A DNA stretch of 62,682 nt, filler included, from Globobulimina sp. (taxonomy: Eukaryota): assembly GCA_003354225.1 (NCBI GenBank). It is 22 parts of 22 records of this genome, joined end to end, with 100 filler letters (N's around TTAATTAATTAA, not from the genome) between each part and the next. Parts side by side here need not be neighbours in the genome. Positions count along the whole stretch, not along the records: positions 34,255 to 37,007 come from PIVH01005051.1; positions 37,108 to 39,860 come from PIVH01005052.1; positions 39,961 to 42,713 come from PIVH01005053.1; positions 42,814 to 45,566 come from PIVH01005054.1; positions 45,667 to 48,419 come from PIVH01005055.1; 17 more parts are not named here. The stretch is one strand, 5' to 3'. A program made the position numbers and the translations under genes. Below the pieces are notes generated by a model. It was not told where the DNA came from, ran no database searches, and saw nothing but the letters and a program-made list of their open reading frames with translations. Shown here piece after piece: positions 34,155-47,423 of this stretch; position 1 is the stretch's first letter; every line of letters starts with the position of its first letter.

Positions 34155-34254
34155 NNNNNNNNNNNNNNNNNNNNNNNNNNNNNNNNNNNNNNNNNNNNTT
34201 AATTAATTAANNNNNNNNNNNNNNNNNNNNNNNNNNNNNNNNNNNNNNNNNNNN

Positions 34255-34910
34255 TTATTCACATTCATCATGAAATAATGCATGCGAGTTCACCAACAGA
34301 AGCAAAAAAATCCATGAATAGATTGAATAAAGTTAGTATGGTAAGTGGAGGAATTGCAGTAGTTTTTTGTATAATATTGGCTGTCATTCGTATAAAAATT
34401 AGCTTTATGTATCACATAACCTCCGCAGAGGTTTGCTTTTGGAGCATGGATATATATCAGATTTTTCATATTGTTATAACTTGGAAACTCTCAAGATATT
34501 GTTATTTATCTCCATTTCAAGAATATTTTCAAGTTATAAAAAATTCGATGATCAAAAATGATTGTTTGTGAATAACATAAATAAAACTGAATTATACACA
34601 GATAAATGCGGTCCGAAAAGCACCAAACAAAAGAACATTGGCATTGCTATCATATTTCATCTGTGTTAGCATTGTGGCATTGGCGTGCAACGTTATATTT
34701 TGCATTGAACAAACAGGTTACAGATGGTTGACGAGTCAATTTGGACGGGAATCAAATATATTTGAATGGATGGGAATAGTGATAGGCTTTGTATACTTTT
34801 TAGGGTACCCGTTTCTGTTTTATTATCAGCCAATTCAAGCAATAGATAAGAGTGACAATACATTGCCTGAGATGACTCGATCGACTCGATTCAGAATTAG
34901 TTTACTTTGA
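34255..34910 (+). CDS. Hypothetical membrane protein (spliced, partial)
   Basis: Hydrophobic ORFs 34278-34571 and 34638-34910 separated by a probable short intron. Confidence 0.4.
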
Positions 34911-35499
34911 CATTTTAATTTCACTAATTCCTCGAAGCTAAGATGTTGTGTCATGGCCGCAATTTTTGTGACTGTGTTGTGAGATCTTGGACCATGGCAA
35001 CTAACATGAGAGGGACTTGAGAAGTGTTGTCTAGTGTTTAAATCATTTTGTAACAATATGTTGTCAGAGTATCCAGAACAAGTACAACAGTTAGAATCAT
35101 GTTTGAACGTAACCAAATAATATGCTGTGAATTCAGATTGACACTAATTGTTTGTGAGTAAGAATTAGATCAAATATTATGATGTTAATTTAATCAGAAA
35201 CCTGCGAAACCTGTGATGATATTCTTCGTGTTTTATTAATAGATTTTGCCACATACGCAAAAACCCAAAAACATGAATGCAAAAAATCATAATTTGGCAA
35301 CAAGACAATCAACATAACTACGGTACAGACACTACACGCCAACGCACAAAAAGCCAGTACCACATTTACGTACATCAATACGTTGAAAAGTCACAAACAA
35401 AGTGCCATGCTCTAACCACTACAAACGAAAGCATCGTCTTCTCCATCAACATCTTTTTTCTCATCCAAAACTTTCAATATCGAGATGAGTGGTGCTGGA

Positions 35500-36195
35500 T
35501 TTCCAAGCAAATCTGGCGGTGTTAACCTTGAGGACTACACAACCAATGGCATGGTACGACTTTAACTGCTCCTTTTTGCACAATAACATGCATTGTTATT
35601 GTACGGCATTGTGTTTTACACTAATGATCCCTCAGCAAAATAACAAAATGTTGTATGTATTTGTGAATAGATATTAGAATTCGGTGAAATTGCGCAATCA
35701 CTACAGGCAGAATTCGACCAAACTGGAAGTAATCCAGTATTGCAAGCGGTGCACATCTCCGAATTAGTGGCCTCAATCATCAATTTCCAAGAGAAACATT
35801 GTGGGATAAACGCAAATAGACCGAAACCATTCACTCGATTTCCATACCATATATTTCGCGATTACAACAAACATGGCCACTTACACCGTTTATTGAGATT
35901 TATGATATCTTATTGCGCCGCACAGCCATGGTATCGCTCCAAATACCAAATCAACACTGACGGCGTTACCTGGCCACTGTTAATCGACTTAAATGACCAA
36001 ACACTGTTAAATCACTACTTTGCGATGTTCGAACACATCGAAAAGCAACTAAAAAGCCAACAGATTATCAAACCAAAAACTATTTATTTCTCACATTTAA
36101 TCACTGCCCAATCACAACAAAAATTGACCCAAATCGCACGCAATCATGGAGTCAAAATATGCGACCAACAAACCAATGATGTCACGCACGTTTAG
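35500..36195 (+). CDS. Protein resembling the SMARCC/BAF155 N-terminal (MarR-BRCT) module; exon bounds uncertain
   Basis: LVASIINFQEKHCG....PFTRFP..IFRDY...G.L...W...DL.......MF..IEKQL.....I.P..IYF.....QKL..I...H....THV resembles the SMARCC N-terminus. Confidence 0.5.
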
Positions 36196-37249
36196 TACCA
36201 CTTTTTATTTATGTTTAATTTTTTTAATTTCCAACGCCACGGTGCAAGGATGCAAATTAAATAAAATTAAAAAGTAAGAAATGATGCCATTTCCTTTTTC
36301 AATTTACAAGTATTTACTTATGACATAGTCTCAAATCTATGCATGACGAAAAACAACTTTCTGAATTACAAATAAGCCTTGTTTTGTTTTGTCTGCCTTT
36401 ATTATTATTTACCATTCAATGCAATTTCTAACCTTTTATACAGATATGGAAGATTCTCGCTATTGTTGGTGGTGATGGTGATGGGGGGAAAGCATTTTTT
36501 TTGTTCAGTCATATTGAGCAGTTGTTGCAGCATTTGGTGTTGTTGCAGTCTGAAAAAGTGAAGTTTAGTGTTTGTTTTGTTTTGTTTTCTTTGTTTTTTA
36601 TTTTTCTTTTTGCCCTCAATTCCACATTTCAGCCTAGATTGTTTTTGATTGTGTCTTGTTTTTTTGCATGCTTTGGTGTGTAAGGAAATGTTTTGTTTAT
36701 TTTTTAGATAAAACAGCTGAGCCACAGATTGGGAGAGTGATTTCCTCATAGTTTTATATCGTACATTGCTTGGCTGTCTTTGATGTTTGTTGTTGAATAA
36801 TGTGTACAAATTATGAGACATTTATATTTATATTTTGTTTTTATGCAGGGCTAAATTGGCACATTTGGAGGAATTATGGAGTGTATTGCAGGCGGAACGG
36901 GAAGAAGTTGAAGATATGAAACAAGAATTGTTTCGTGAGCGAGTTGAAATTGCCAAAATCAAATTGGATTTGCAAGATGATAATGATAATGATGCGGATG
37001 AGGAGGANNNNNNNNNNNNNNNNNNNNNNNNNNNNNNNNNNNNNNNNNNNNTTAATTAATTAANNNNNNNNNNNNNNNNNNNNNNNNNNNNNNNNNNNNN
37101 NNNNNNNAATTTCTGGTGTGTTCAGACCGAAAACACTTTTTTTGTATACGTAGGCTCTCTGTTTTTGGTACATATACACAGCGCATCAGCATGCATATCA
37201 GATACAGAACATTGATGAGCCGCAGCCACCGCAGCAGCCGCCGTATACC

Positions 37250-37867
37250 TTGCCGTTAATGAATAGCAAAGCGAAATCAATGCCAGCTTCTGTATCATTC
37301 CATATCCCCTCACAACAAAGCATTGATATGAACCCGTACATCGATGAGCAATTCCTCGACCAACAGTTCATGTTTCAGCCGCAAACTATCGATGTGGGGC
37401 CGCACGGGGTGTCGCCATTGGGCAGTGGCCATGGAATGATTGGAGCGGTACCGGTGCCACCACCGCATGGCGCAAATACTATATACTATCAACAACATAG
37501 TCATACACCGCACAGTGACTCGCTGCACAGTCATTCGCCGCTGCAATCGCACCCGATTCCGCCTGCTATAATGACCAATATGTCGCAGGTCAATCCGCCT
37601 AAAATTGGTAAAGTGCAGTTTGCGCCGCGGAAAAATATACATAAACAATTGCGCAGAATGTCTAAAAACAGTAAAAATAATCCGAATAAATCGCAAGTTT
37701 TGAATACAAATAATAACCGTAACCATAATAGTCATAAAGTACAACGAGTGCCGCAATCTCAATCGATGCAACATCCACAACAACAAAAACATAAACACTC
37801 TCAGCAAATCTATCAAAATCCACAAAATATGGCTGGATTCACCCTAACCGACGCTATGTATGATTAA
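37250..37867 (+). CDS. Q/H/N/P-rich low-complexity C-terminal exon followed by a long AT-rich 3' region
   Basis: 205-aa ORF with coding-like composition. About 1.1 kb of T-rich non-coding sequence follows. Confidence 0.5.
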   Translation: MPLMNSKAKSMPASVSFHIPSQQSIDMNPYIDEQFLDQQFMFQPQTIDVGPHGVSPLGSGHGMIGAVPVPPPHGANTIYYQQHSHTPHSDSLHSHSPLQSHPIPPAIMTNMSQVNPPKIGKVQFAPRKNIHKQLRRMSKNSKNNPNKSQVLNTNNNRNHNSHKVQRVPQSQSMQHPQQQKHKHSQQIYQNPQNMAGFTLTDAMYD

Positions 37868-39356
37868 AAAAAGAAATTTTAATCATAAATGTTCCTTTGT
37901 ACAGCCTGTAATTTAGTACATATATTATTTTAGTTCTTTTTTTTTGTTCCTGTCTTGTTCCCAATACGTGATAAATATGTATGTAGTTTGTATGTTTTCT
38001 TTTTAATTTCGTTTTTGTGTCATTGTGTGACATGTGTTTTTTTGTTTGTTTTTTCTCATTTTGTGTGTGTGGTATACACTGAATTGAATATTGTATGTCT
38101 TTGTTTTTTGTTTTGCTCTGCAAAAAAAGTAAAATAATATGCCACGGAAATGTATACACCCTCATTCTCACTCAATTGTATCACTGATAATATTTAAAAC
38201 ACTCACTTTGGATACATTCATTTTAAAATAATTGTCGGTATTTTTTATTTTATACAATGAATAATATAATTTACCCCTTTTTTTGTGTGTTTTGAATCAT
38301 AATAAAATAAAGATATATCACCAAGTAATAATTGCATGTATTTGTTTGAGTGTTTTTCTATCGTTTTTTTTTAATTTGTTTGTTGTGTTTTGTTACATTT
38401 TTTGATCTTTTTTCGAGATTTGATTCCTTTTCATTGTCTGAAATATCTTAAGTTGAGATTTTTTTTTGTCTGATATTTACTTCATAGATTGTCATGTTTC
38501 CACAAATATGTTTTTTTTTTGATAAATTGTGATCTTTTTGTTTTTTGTTCTTGCTTTTTTGTCGCAGTTTTTTTTGTTGTTGTTATATGTAACAATCCGT
38601 ATTATATACAATACACTGTGTAATTATTAAGCATTTTATAATCATAATAATATATTTCTGGGTTTTGTTTGTTATTTTTTCTATTTTTTTTCTTATAATA
38701 TTTGATATTAATTTATTTTACAACAATAGCAAAAATTTTTGGTCATGAAATCAAATGCACAGCGTTTTTGATCACAATTTCGTTTTTTTTTTATATAATT
38801 ATGCTGTTTGTCAGTGTTTGTTAATTTTTTTTGATTAATTAATTCCTCTCTTTGTATACATATTTTTAAACGGCAATCTATTCGGTAATATGTTAAAAGG
38901 AAACAATTTTATATTAATAGTAGTTTTATTTTTCGTTTCTAACTTTCTATTTATGTTTGTTTAAATAATACTCTATATTGGTTTGTTTGTTATACTATTA
39001 CTTTCGGCGTCCTTTTTGTTTTATATTTTTGATGAAATCGCTGATGAGGCAGTGAAAAGTTTGTACATCGACCAATTTCCAATGAATATGTTTTATCATA
39101 AAAATAGTTGCGTAAAAACGTACACATCCATCGTAAAGCACATATGTCGACATAGCTGATAGCAGTCTGTAATCCATGATTTTTATATTCTGTAATTTTT
39201 CGTGATGCATGGATTTTTATATCAAGTGTGTGAGGTTGATGATGAGGAAAAATTGATAAAACAGACTGATTATTATTAAAAAATTAAACAACCAGATAAA
39301 AAACATAAAATTATTAATACTTAATTCAGATCATATCTGAGTATACAGTCGACAAA

Positions 39357-39860
39357 TTATATTCGGTTTGCGATACAAAAATCACTGCAACCTACTTCAG
39401 ATTTGTTGTTGCTGCATAAATACCAAAATATTGATATTAATTCATTGTTCGTGAATATATTTTCTGTCTTCACCACATCCGCAAAATACGGACCACTCAT
39501 CAGTCCAAATCGAACGCATTTTTTGATAGATTTCAATAAATACGATCTGTATTCTGATGCTTTAATGTCTGGCCCCGGATTTAACTCTACTTTTTTCTCC
39601 TCGTTTTCATCATTATCAACGTTTATATTCTCAATATTTTCAGATGTAATAATTTTGCTTTGATGCTCTGCCCATTTTACTAATCTGTCCCATAACACTT
39701 CCTCTTCGACAGCCAAACAGTTCCATGCCAATAAAGTCATCATTCCCTTTAAATTAAATTGCAAAAAGCCATCTGAATTAATAATGTTTGTAGCAAATGT
39801 TGCTCTTTCTGTGTAAGACCAACTATGTTTTCTTTTTGAATGATCCAAATCTTGCAAATA
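39357..39860 (-). CDS. BTB/BACK-family protein, C-terminal part
   Basis: IINSDGFL.....M..LL....L.VEEEVLWDRLVKWA...LL..I...VRFGLMS..YF..VV....I.T.NE is a BACK signature. Confidence 0.75.
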   Translation of the reverse strand, partial: YLQDLDHSKRKHSWSYTERATFATNIINSDGFLQFNLKGMMTLLAWNCLAVEEEVLWDRLVKWAEHQSKIITSENIENINVDNDENEEKKVELNPGPDIKASEYRSYLLKSIKKCVRFGLMSGPYFADVVKTENIFTNNELISIFWYLCSNNKSEVGCSDFCIANRI

Positions 39861-40031
39861 NNNNNNNNNNNNNNNNNNNNNNNNNNNNNNNNNNNNNNNN
39901 NNNNTTAATTAATTAANNNNNNNNNNNNNNNNNNNNNNNNNNNNNNNNNNNNNNNNNNNNAGAAAAAAATGTTTGGTTTGTTTCAATATCATTCTAACAT
40001 ACTTTGCAATGGTTTGCTATGTATCTACAGA

Positions 40032-40818
40032 AAAATACTATTAAAGATTGTAATTACCGGAGATGCAACGTATGTAACATCCGATTAAATGTCGACATTA
40101 ATATTGCAATTAACATCAATACATGTACAGTGTTGGTAAAACAAGTGTACTGACTCGATTCGTTGATGATATATTTCACGACAAATACAAAGCAACCATT
40201 GGTGCAGACTTTCTAAGCAAAGAAATCGACATTGATGGCAGAATAATTACATTACAAATATGGGATACCGCCGGTCAACAAAGGTTTCAATCGTTGGGAG
40301 TCGCATTCTATAAAGGCGCAGATGCATTTATTATTGTCTATGATGTTAATGCGAAACAAACATTTGACAATGTCAATGGACATATAACTGATTTAAATCG
40401 ACATTATGATGGCAAACTGCAGCCATTTCCATTGCTGATATTTGGAAACAAAATAGATCAAATCAATGAATTCAACACCTCCACTGAAACAGTTACGGAA
40501 TGGATTAAAAAAAAACGTTATGAAAACACATTATTTTATGAGGTATCATGCAAAGACTGCAATTACAAAGATATGATCGATGAAGCAATTGTTGAATTAT
40601 GTAGAATTTGTGTAAACACTCAAAATGAATCTTTAATACAAGAATTAAGCGAACAGGATGCTATTAATGGTTATGTTCGGATGCCGCGGCAAACAGATCC
40701 AACAAAAAATGAGTTAAATCAAACGGATAATACATGTGGTCGCGAGCGTGGCTTTGTAAATTGTCTCAATCCAATAGCACAGAATCCGTCAACTGATACA
40801 TTTTGTCAAATCTTGTAA
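40032..40818 (+). CDS. RAB7: Rab7-like small GTPase (intron ~40070-40130; 5' partial)
   Basis: LLKIVITGDAT|VGKTS, YKATIGADFLSKE, LQIWDTAGQQRFQSLGVAFYKGAD, GNKID and EVSCK; C-terminal CQIL. Confidence 0.8.
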
Positions 40819-40897
40819 AACTTGAGTGCGAGGATCAATTAATTGTAAAGTATTTTTAAAGTCAGTCAGTTAAAAAAAAACAATATATTCACCGAAC

Positions 40898-41437
40898 ATG
40901 GCACAAACATACCGGGTCGATATCAATATTAACCACAATATTCCTGAACAACAACACAAGATTCCATATGTTCAATTACCTGATCCCAAATATTTTGAAG
41001 AAGTTGCAAAGGATGACTCAACAGTAAAGGAAGACAATCTAACTGTCAGTAATAAAGTAAATAAACCATTATTATTGTTTATTTTAGGATATATACTTCC
41101 AATGATTGTATATGGCATAGCATTAAGTATTCATTCGTTTCATCTTATATTGGGATCACTTATTGTGTTATTTCTAGTGAGTATGCTTGCAGTTAAATGG
41201 GTTGATCGCGGATGTTTCTGTTTAGGATGCACAGCGACAACATTTGGTGGTGTTTCAGGCCATCGTTTGAATGCAATTTGGTTACATTTCATGTTAACTA
41301 TCGCTGTAATTGTTTGTTGTATGTTTTTTTACCACAAAAAAACAAATCCAACACTTGTTATATTTCTTGTCTCATATACTGTTTCATTGTTGTGTGGCAT
41401 TGGCGCATTATGGAATAGACAACGCATTGTTTATTGA
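40898..41437 (+). CDS. Small four-TM membrane protein
   Basis: 179-aa ORF with four hydrophobic segments. Confidence 0.6.
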   Translation: MAQTYRVDININHNIPEQQHKIPYVQLPDPKYFEEVAKDDSTVKEDNLTVSNKVNKPLLLFILGYILPMIVYGIALSIHSFHLILGSLIVLFLVSMLAVKWVDRGCFCLGCTATTFGGVSGHRLNAIWLHFMLTIAVIVCCMFFYHKKTNPTLVIFLVSYTVSLLCGIGALWNRQRIVY

Positions 41438-41563
41438 CATAATATTAAATGACTATTTGTTGTTATGTATATTTAACGCACCCGACGTAGTTACTAGTTA
41501 TGTTAGTTTGCAATCTATAACAACTGCAAAAATAAAAAAAAATATTTTTCTGTTTGAAGAGGC

Positions 41564-42713
41564 TCAATGTAAGTTAAGTTTATCATAAGTTCCGACAGCT
41601 AATAAAGTCGAAGCATAAGTAATTGAATGTGATGACCAAAAAGGCCACGGCCTACCAACCATATTATATCCATAAAATTGATCAGGCACTTTTCCGGTAA
41701 TGGAACCATCAAAAACCATCTGTTGATACGTTGCTTTATCGATATAACCAGTGATACCCAAAGAAATACCAGGCACCAAGTCATCAAATGTAACATTTGT
41801 TGCGTTCAGAGTGGTTCCATTACGAGTTTGAAAATAATTTATTGGGTAATTCCATGGAGCTGTTTCATTTGTTTTTTGTGAACCACTGAAAAATGCATTA
41901 TCTGCACGATATTTACTGTCAAGCGATTCATGTCTTAAAAATAATACAGCTCCGCCAATTACCTCTTTTACTTGATGCGATGTATTATTAGTCCATCTTA
42001 TATCTGTTACAACATATTGCTTATTATTATCATCATACATTACATGACAATCAGTCCATATATTTAATAACGTATTTATTGCCATTGATGTGCTGAATAA
42101 TCGATCATCATAATGTGGATCGGAATGTCCTTCGATATTTAAATCGTCATTTCCTAGAAAATCATCCCAAAAATAATACCCATTGTTTTCATCATGTTTT
42201 ACTTTATCTAAAATCTGTTTTGTTGCATAAATTTGTAATACATTTTCTAAATTGACATAAATATCAAATAAAAATGGATACTGATCAATAATGTGCTCAT
42301 TTTCTGAATTATTTATAATATAATTATGATACACATTATATGTTCTACTGACAAACCAATAAAAATCATATCTTGATGGATAATATAAAAATATTAAATC
42401 AGGTCTTTCATTTATAAAATCACTTTCTATTATCCACAGTAACAAATTTGTTGTGTTTGTATATATTTCTATATAATAAATATTAATATTGTATTTCGGA
42501 AATATTAAAGCAAACAAATTAAACATACGTTGCACTTCTTGATCGAACCACTGTTCTCTGTCAGATCCAAACCAAGTCAAAGACCGAGTTATTGCAAATA
42601 TTACATTTGCACCAACTGTGGGATCAACATTATTTGTTCCAAATGGTTCCTGATAACAGATATGATGCACAAAATTATATTCATTTTCATCGTGTGTTAA
42701 TTGCCAAGTTGCT
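41564..42713 (-). CDS. Conserved hypothetical protein, likely secreted or lumenal (intron ~42475-42530; 5' partial)
   Basis: Long ORF with well-defined motifs (NNVDPTVGAN, RPDLIFLYYPSRYDFYWFVSRT, DDRLFST, NAFFSGS, FWSS) and N-glycosylation sequons. Confidence 0.65.
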
Positions 42714-42813
42714 NNNNNNNNNNNNNNNNNNNNNNNNNNNNNNNNNNNNNNNNNNNNTTAATTAATTAANNNNNNNNNNNNNNNNNNNNNNNNNNNNNNN
42801 NNNNNNNNNNNNN

Positions 42814-45097
42814 TGATATACAACGTTTAAAAAGCACGCAATATATATTTTAAATCTATTCGTCGCATTTACTTCAATTGATCGCCATCTTTCTAACCAA
42901 AATATTTTGCAGATTCGCGCCAATGCAAACGGACGGAGTAATATCGACGGAATGGACGCAATCAACGACAAGACATCTTTTTGTTGTTTTCAAGGGTCAA
43001 ATGACATATGAAATTACATAATTACTGCAAATAACACATACCAAATACACCAAACAGAGCGAGATAAAAGAATTGTGTTCGAAGGGACCAATTATAGCGT
43101 AGTAACAGAGAAAAATGGTGTGATAATTCCGAATTAGGTTTACTTTTTTCATCCGGATCCCAGTCTATGTTAAATTTTTTGAATGATTGAATGGATGAAA
43201 CCGGATGGGTTATAAACGCGATCACGAATAATGGTATAAATATAAACAAATCCGTCACCGCAAGAAGTATATTAATAATTGCTAGACATGACCAGATATG
43301 ATATTCTTTCATGTTATAATATTTTTCTTTCCTTTTTTTATTGGTGATATTATCAAATAATAAGCCAACACATCTGCAAAAACATGCTATTCGGTGTACA
43401 GATAACAACAAAAATGCCATACAGCCAATAATTAAACAGAATAAATCAATAATGCCATAGATTGAATTCTTTATTGCAGATAATCTAAAATCGATGTCAT
43501 ATTCTACCATTTCAAACGCGTCCAACTTCTCCCAATTCGATCTGTATAGAAACACAAACAACGTAAATAATGTTATCCTCGCACTCGGTGTAACACATTG
43601 ACGGGCACCGGTTAACATACTCTTGGCCACAACATTTACATCGTAAGAAATTCCACCATAAATAAAAGGCTTTAACAAATCTCGTAGGTGTTATACATCC
43701 AATCATCGCTAATGGCAATGCTAAAATGTCACATACGGCCAAAAATAAACTCAAATATAAATATCCATGCAATTTTAAATGGTATTCGTCCGTCCAATAA
43801 ATATCCATGTTTTTGTTTATAATTTTAAAAAATGGCACAAATCGGGTTGGAATAATTATGCTCAAAATAGTCAAAAATAATGTCAGGTAATCTATATATT
43901 TTTATATTACAATGACACGCAATATATAATATTTACAAACATACCAATGGCGCCCTTAAGAATGGATAATAACATTTCAGTGATTATATTTGTATGGATA
44001 TTGAGTATTACATTTGGATGATCAGAACTAGCATTTCTTGCTTTTTTAGTGGAATAATTTGTTTTTAATGATTTAACGCAGTGATACCATCGCGTAAAAA
44101 ATATTAAATTAACCACAAACAAAACTAATCCAATGGCTTCAGGTATTGCATAGATAAAATTGCGAAGTAACAATGCATATAAAACTGGATATTCTTTGTA
44201 TTTATTCCTTATATCATCTGAACAATATTTGAGTGCACTGAATAATCCATAAAAACGCGGCCATGCAATAAAACTAATTATGATGTTTATGACAATTAAC
44301 AAATAATCAGCGATGCCAAATAATAAATTCGTGATTAGATATTTATGATTGTATAGGTCAAATAATAGGTTATTGTCGTATTCATTATCTCCTTCGTTTT
44401 CTGTACGATTTAACCGAGTCCGTCCCGGACATAATAATTTAAAAAATATAACACATACACGGGATAAACGAGGTATGCGAGTCAAACATAACAACGATAG
44501 TATACCTGTACAGTATGCAAATATATCTGCAATTCCATAGATATAATTTAATAATAACATCCATACTGGTATCAATTGGTTTATTTCAGCATCATTTTGT
44601 TGATTTATTAGTAAAAAATGGCAGAAGCCAACAAAACGTGAAATTATTATAATGGATGGGATGGATACGATGACAAAGGCTGTTTCGATTAGGTTGAATA
44701 GAAATTGTTTAATGAAAAACCACAGTGAAACGGCTAAATGTTTTCTGGAATCGAGTGATTTATCATATGCTCCAAAATAATTGTTCCTGAAATCGTTGAA
44801 TAGGTATTTATGTATCATACATATTCGAGTTAAGGATATGTAGCAAAAGACGATGAACGGAAATCGTAATATATCAAATATAATGATTGATAAATGGTTT
44901 AATAGGAATGTTTGAAATCCATTTTGTGAAATATTACAATTACCTTTGAGTCCATGAAAAATGCAGGGTATCCTCCAAAAAAACACGAACGAGAATAGAA
45001 ACAATATCGATAATGTAGTGTACCAAATGAATAATACCAACCATTTGAAGATTTTAATGATTAATAGAAATCCTTCAGCAAATCCTCCATCTGCCAT
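42814..45097 (-). CDS. Polytopic membrane protein with repeated helix-hairpin/(P)TR units (spliced or frameshifted, 3' partial)
   Basis: ORFs 43907-45097, 43512-43874 and 43022-43678 repeat D-hydrophobic-(WR/TR/SR/PR) units. Confidence 0.6.
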
Positions 45098-45701
45098 ACT
45101 TTAATTATATTATACGATGTGATGTGATGTACCTAATGTAGTAAACGGATATCAAATGACGAACAAAGTAGTCGTACGAGCAGACATACAAAGATTTCAA
45201 CCCGGTGTTCGTCACCAGATGACAGGGGACATGGTCTTGCTCAAAAAAAGTGAAAACTAAAAAAACATAAACGGACTTAGAAACATCGCAACTGTGCACG
45301 TTGTTTGTAATAACAATAATAATCCACCAATTGGGAGATTGACACCTCTCAAATTGCATATCAATAATCACAACAAAATGGGAGAAGTAGCAAGTGGGTG
45401 CTCGTGTGGCCTCTTTGTACCAAATGTTGATTCTAAAGCTAGAAATATTATAAAATATACAACAATTGCAAAAGATACAGAATCTGATAGTGATGGTAGC
45501 GCATCCAATGATGATTCCGATGATAATCCCCAGATCCAGAAAATCGTCAAACCCGCGGCAGACGAANNNNNNNNNNNNNNNNNNNNNNNNNNNNNNNNNN
45601 NNNNNNNNNNTTAATTAATTAANNNNNNNNNNNNNNNNNNNNNNNNNNNNNNNNNNNNNNNNNNNNTGCTATTAATGAGAGAAAAAAAAAGGAAATTACA
45701 A

Positions 45702-46540
45702 TTATTGTACCTGAGTAGGATCGTAATCGACATTGACAGCGGCTTTTAATAATTTGGCAGCACCGGCCTGTCTTTTATCAGATCGAATGGCAGAATTCAA
45801 CTCTTTCTCCAATTCGCGCTCCAATTTGGCAGCCTCTTTCGTCGAAATAGTATCAAACATTTCAAAATCACCCCAATCATCATCAGAATCCTCATCCAAA
45901 TACGCAAACTGATCCAATACACTCTTTTGTAAATGCGTCACATCCTTTCCTTTCCATTTGCTATTATGAGCCATATAGGCATCCATATCGCCGATATTGC
46001 CGCCATACACACCATATTCCTGGGCATCGGCCCTCTCAATATCTCCAAAATCCAAATTCAAAACAACTAACTGCTGCTTAAGCCCCTCCAAATCCTGCGT
46101 CATATTCATTATCTTATTTTCCTGCTCATTTAAGATGTGCTCGTTCTCCTCGATGGCTTTGCGAAGCTGCTGTGCCAATTTATCGATATTCATAGACAAC
46201 TCCGCTTTCACCGGCTTCACCTTCACCATTCCCGCAGTCACCGCAAATTTGAGCGTACTCTCCGTCGCTTTGCTATTGTTGACACTCGGCGAAAAGGTAA
46301 AAATCACCGCCAAAAATGTGCGTATATTAATGAAAGGATGCAAGACACGGCGCAACCCATTGCCTAACATCTTGGACAACTTCCCTTTGACTCGCAACTC
46401 ATTAAAAATAATCTGCAAACCGCACAATCCGGTGTTGATGCAGCCAGCCTCTAAGCGCCGAGCCATCAATGTCGTTTTATCGATGCTGGCGACGAAATCG
46501 GGCGTAAATGCGGTCTCTCCTTCGGAGCCGGCACAGTCTA
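45702..46540 (-). CDS. Kinesin-like protein: end of motor domain + coiled coil (internal exon)
   Basis: DCAGSE (switch II), EAGCINTGL, LRRVL, TFSPS and ESTLKFA, followed by heptads. A polypyrimidine/AG acceptor precedes the exon. Confidence 0.85.
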
Positions 46541-46748
46541 AGAATAAAAAGAAGGAAACCAAGTGCCATGATTTTGCTGAAGAAAAAAAACTTGTAACTA
46601 AAACTTTTCATTCCTCACTCCTGTTCCATTCCTGACTTACTATTCCCACTCCCACTCCCACTCGCATTCCAATTCCCTGCTATTCCCATTCCCATTCACC
46701 AATCGTCACTCCATTCCCTGTTAAACCCAAACCAAAACACAAACCAAA

Positions 46749-47423
46749 ATGCTCTCTTCTAACCACAATAATAATAATTCTGGCAATAACACGGTAACTA
46801 ATGCCAATATCTCCAATAACACAAATACTGCGAACAACAACAAAGTTCGCGTAAATCCATCAAACAGGAAAAGATATAGATCGCCTAGTATGGATTTAGA
46901 GATTTTAGACCAACCTCAAAACAAAAGGCGACGAGTACATAATAATGATGATCGGCTATGGTTGAACCGGTACATCGAGCGACAATATGTGGAACCACAG
47001 CCACAACCACAACCACAATATGTAGCGCCGCCACCACCCGCTCAACAGCCTCACCCAGCACCAGCACGCGCACAAACAAAATATTCTGTGGTTTTGCAGC
47101 CAACGCCCGTCATCCATGGAAAACAAATGAAGAAATACGCTGTTTTTATTTTCTATGCCAAACATCAGATCGTAGTACATTCTGCACAAATATGGACGCG
47201 GCATATGTGGCGGGCAGGTATTAAAAATCCGCGTCTTGCGTTGGTGGCAGCGATGGCCGAGGCAGTCCATCCACTGAAATATAAATATAAATATTACCGT
47301 GATGAGACCACTCAGCAATTAAATTTAGGCATTAAAATTGTTCGCGGCGGGGTTGTTGATGTCGCAGTCATGCAAAGAATGGTTGTCATATTGCTATCCA
47401 TTCACCAAACTGACCAAAGGTGA
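46749..47423 (+). CDS. Hypothetical intronless protein (N/Q/P-rich N-terminus, basic NLS-like motifs)
   Basis: 224-aa ORF with RKRYR and KRRR. Confidence 0.45.
   Translation: MLSSNHNNNNSGNNTVTNANISNNTNTANNNKVRVNPSNRKRYRSPSMDLEILDQPQNKRRRVHNNDDRLWLNRYIERQYVEPQPQPQPQYVAPPPPAQQPHPAPARAQTKYSVVLQPTPVIHGKQMKKYAVFIFYAKHQIVVHSAQIWTRHMWRAGIKNPRLALVAAMAEAVHPLKYKYKYYRDETTQQLNLGIKIVRGGVVDVAVMQRMVVILLSIHQTDQR

Noticed and set aside
39030-39060. CTGATGAGGCAGTGAAA as a hammerhead core
   Set aside because: Only ~6 unpairable nt separate CTGATGA and GAAA, so there is no stem II, and no convincing flanking stems.
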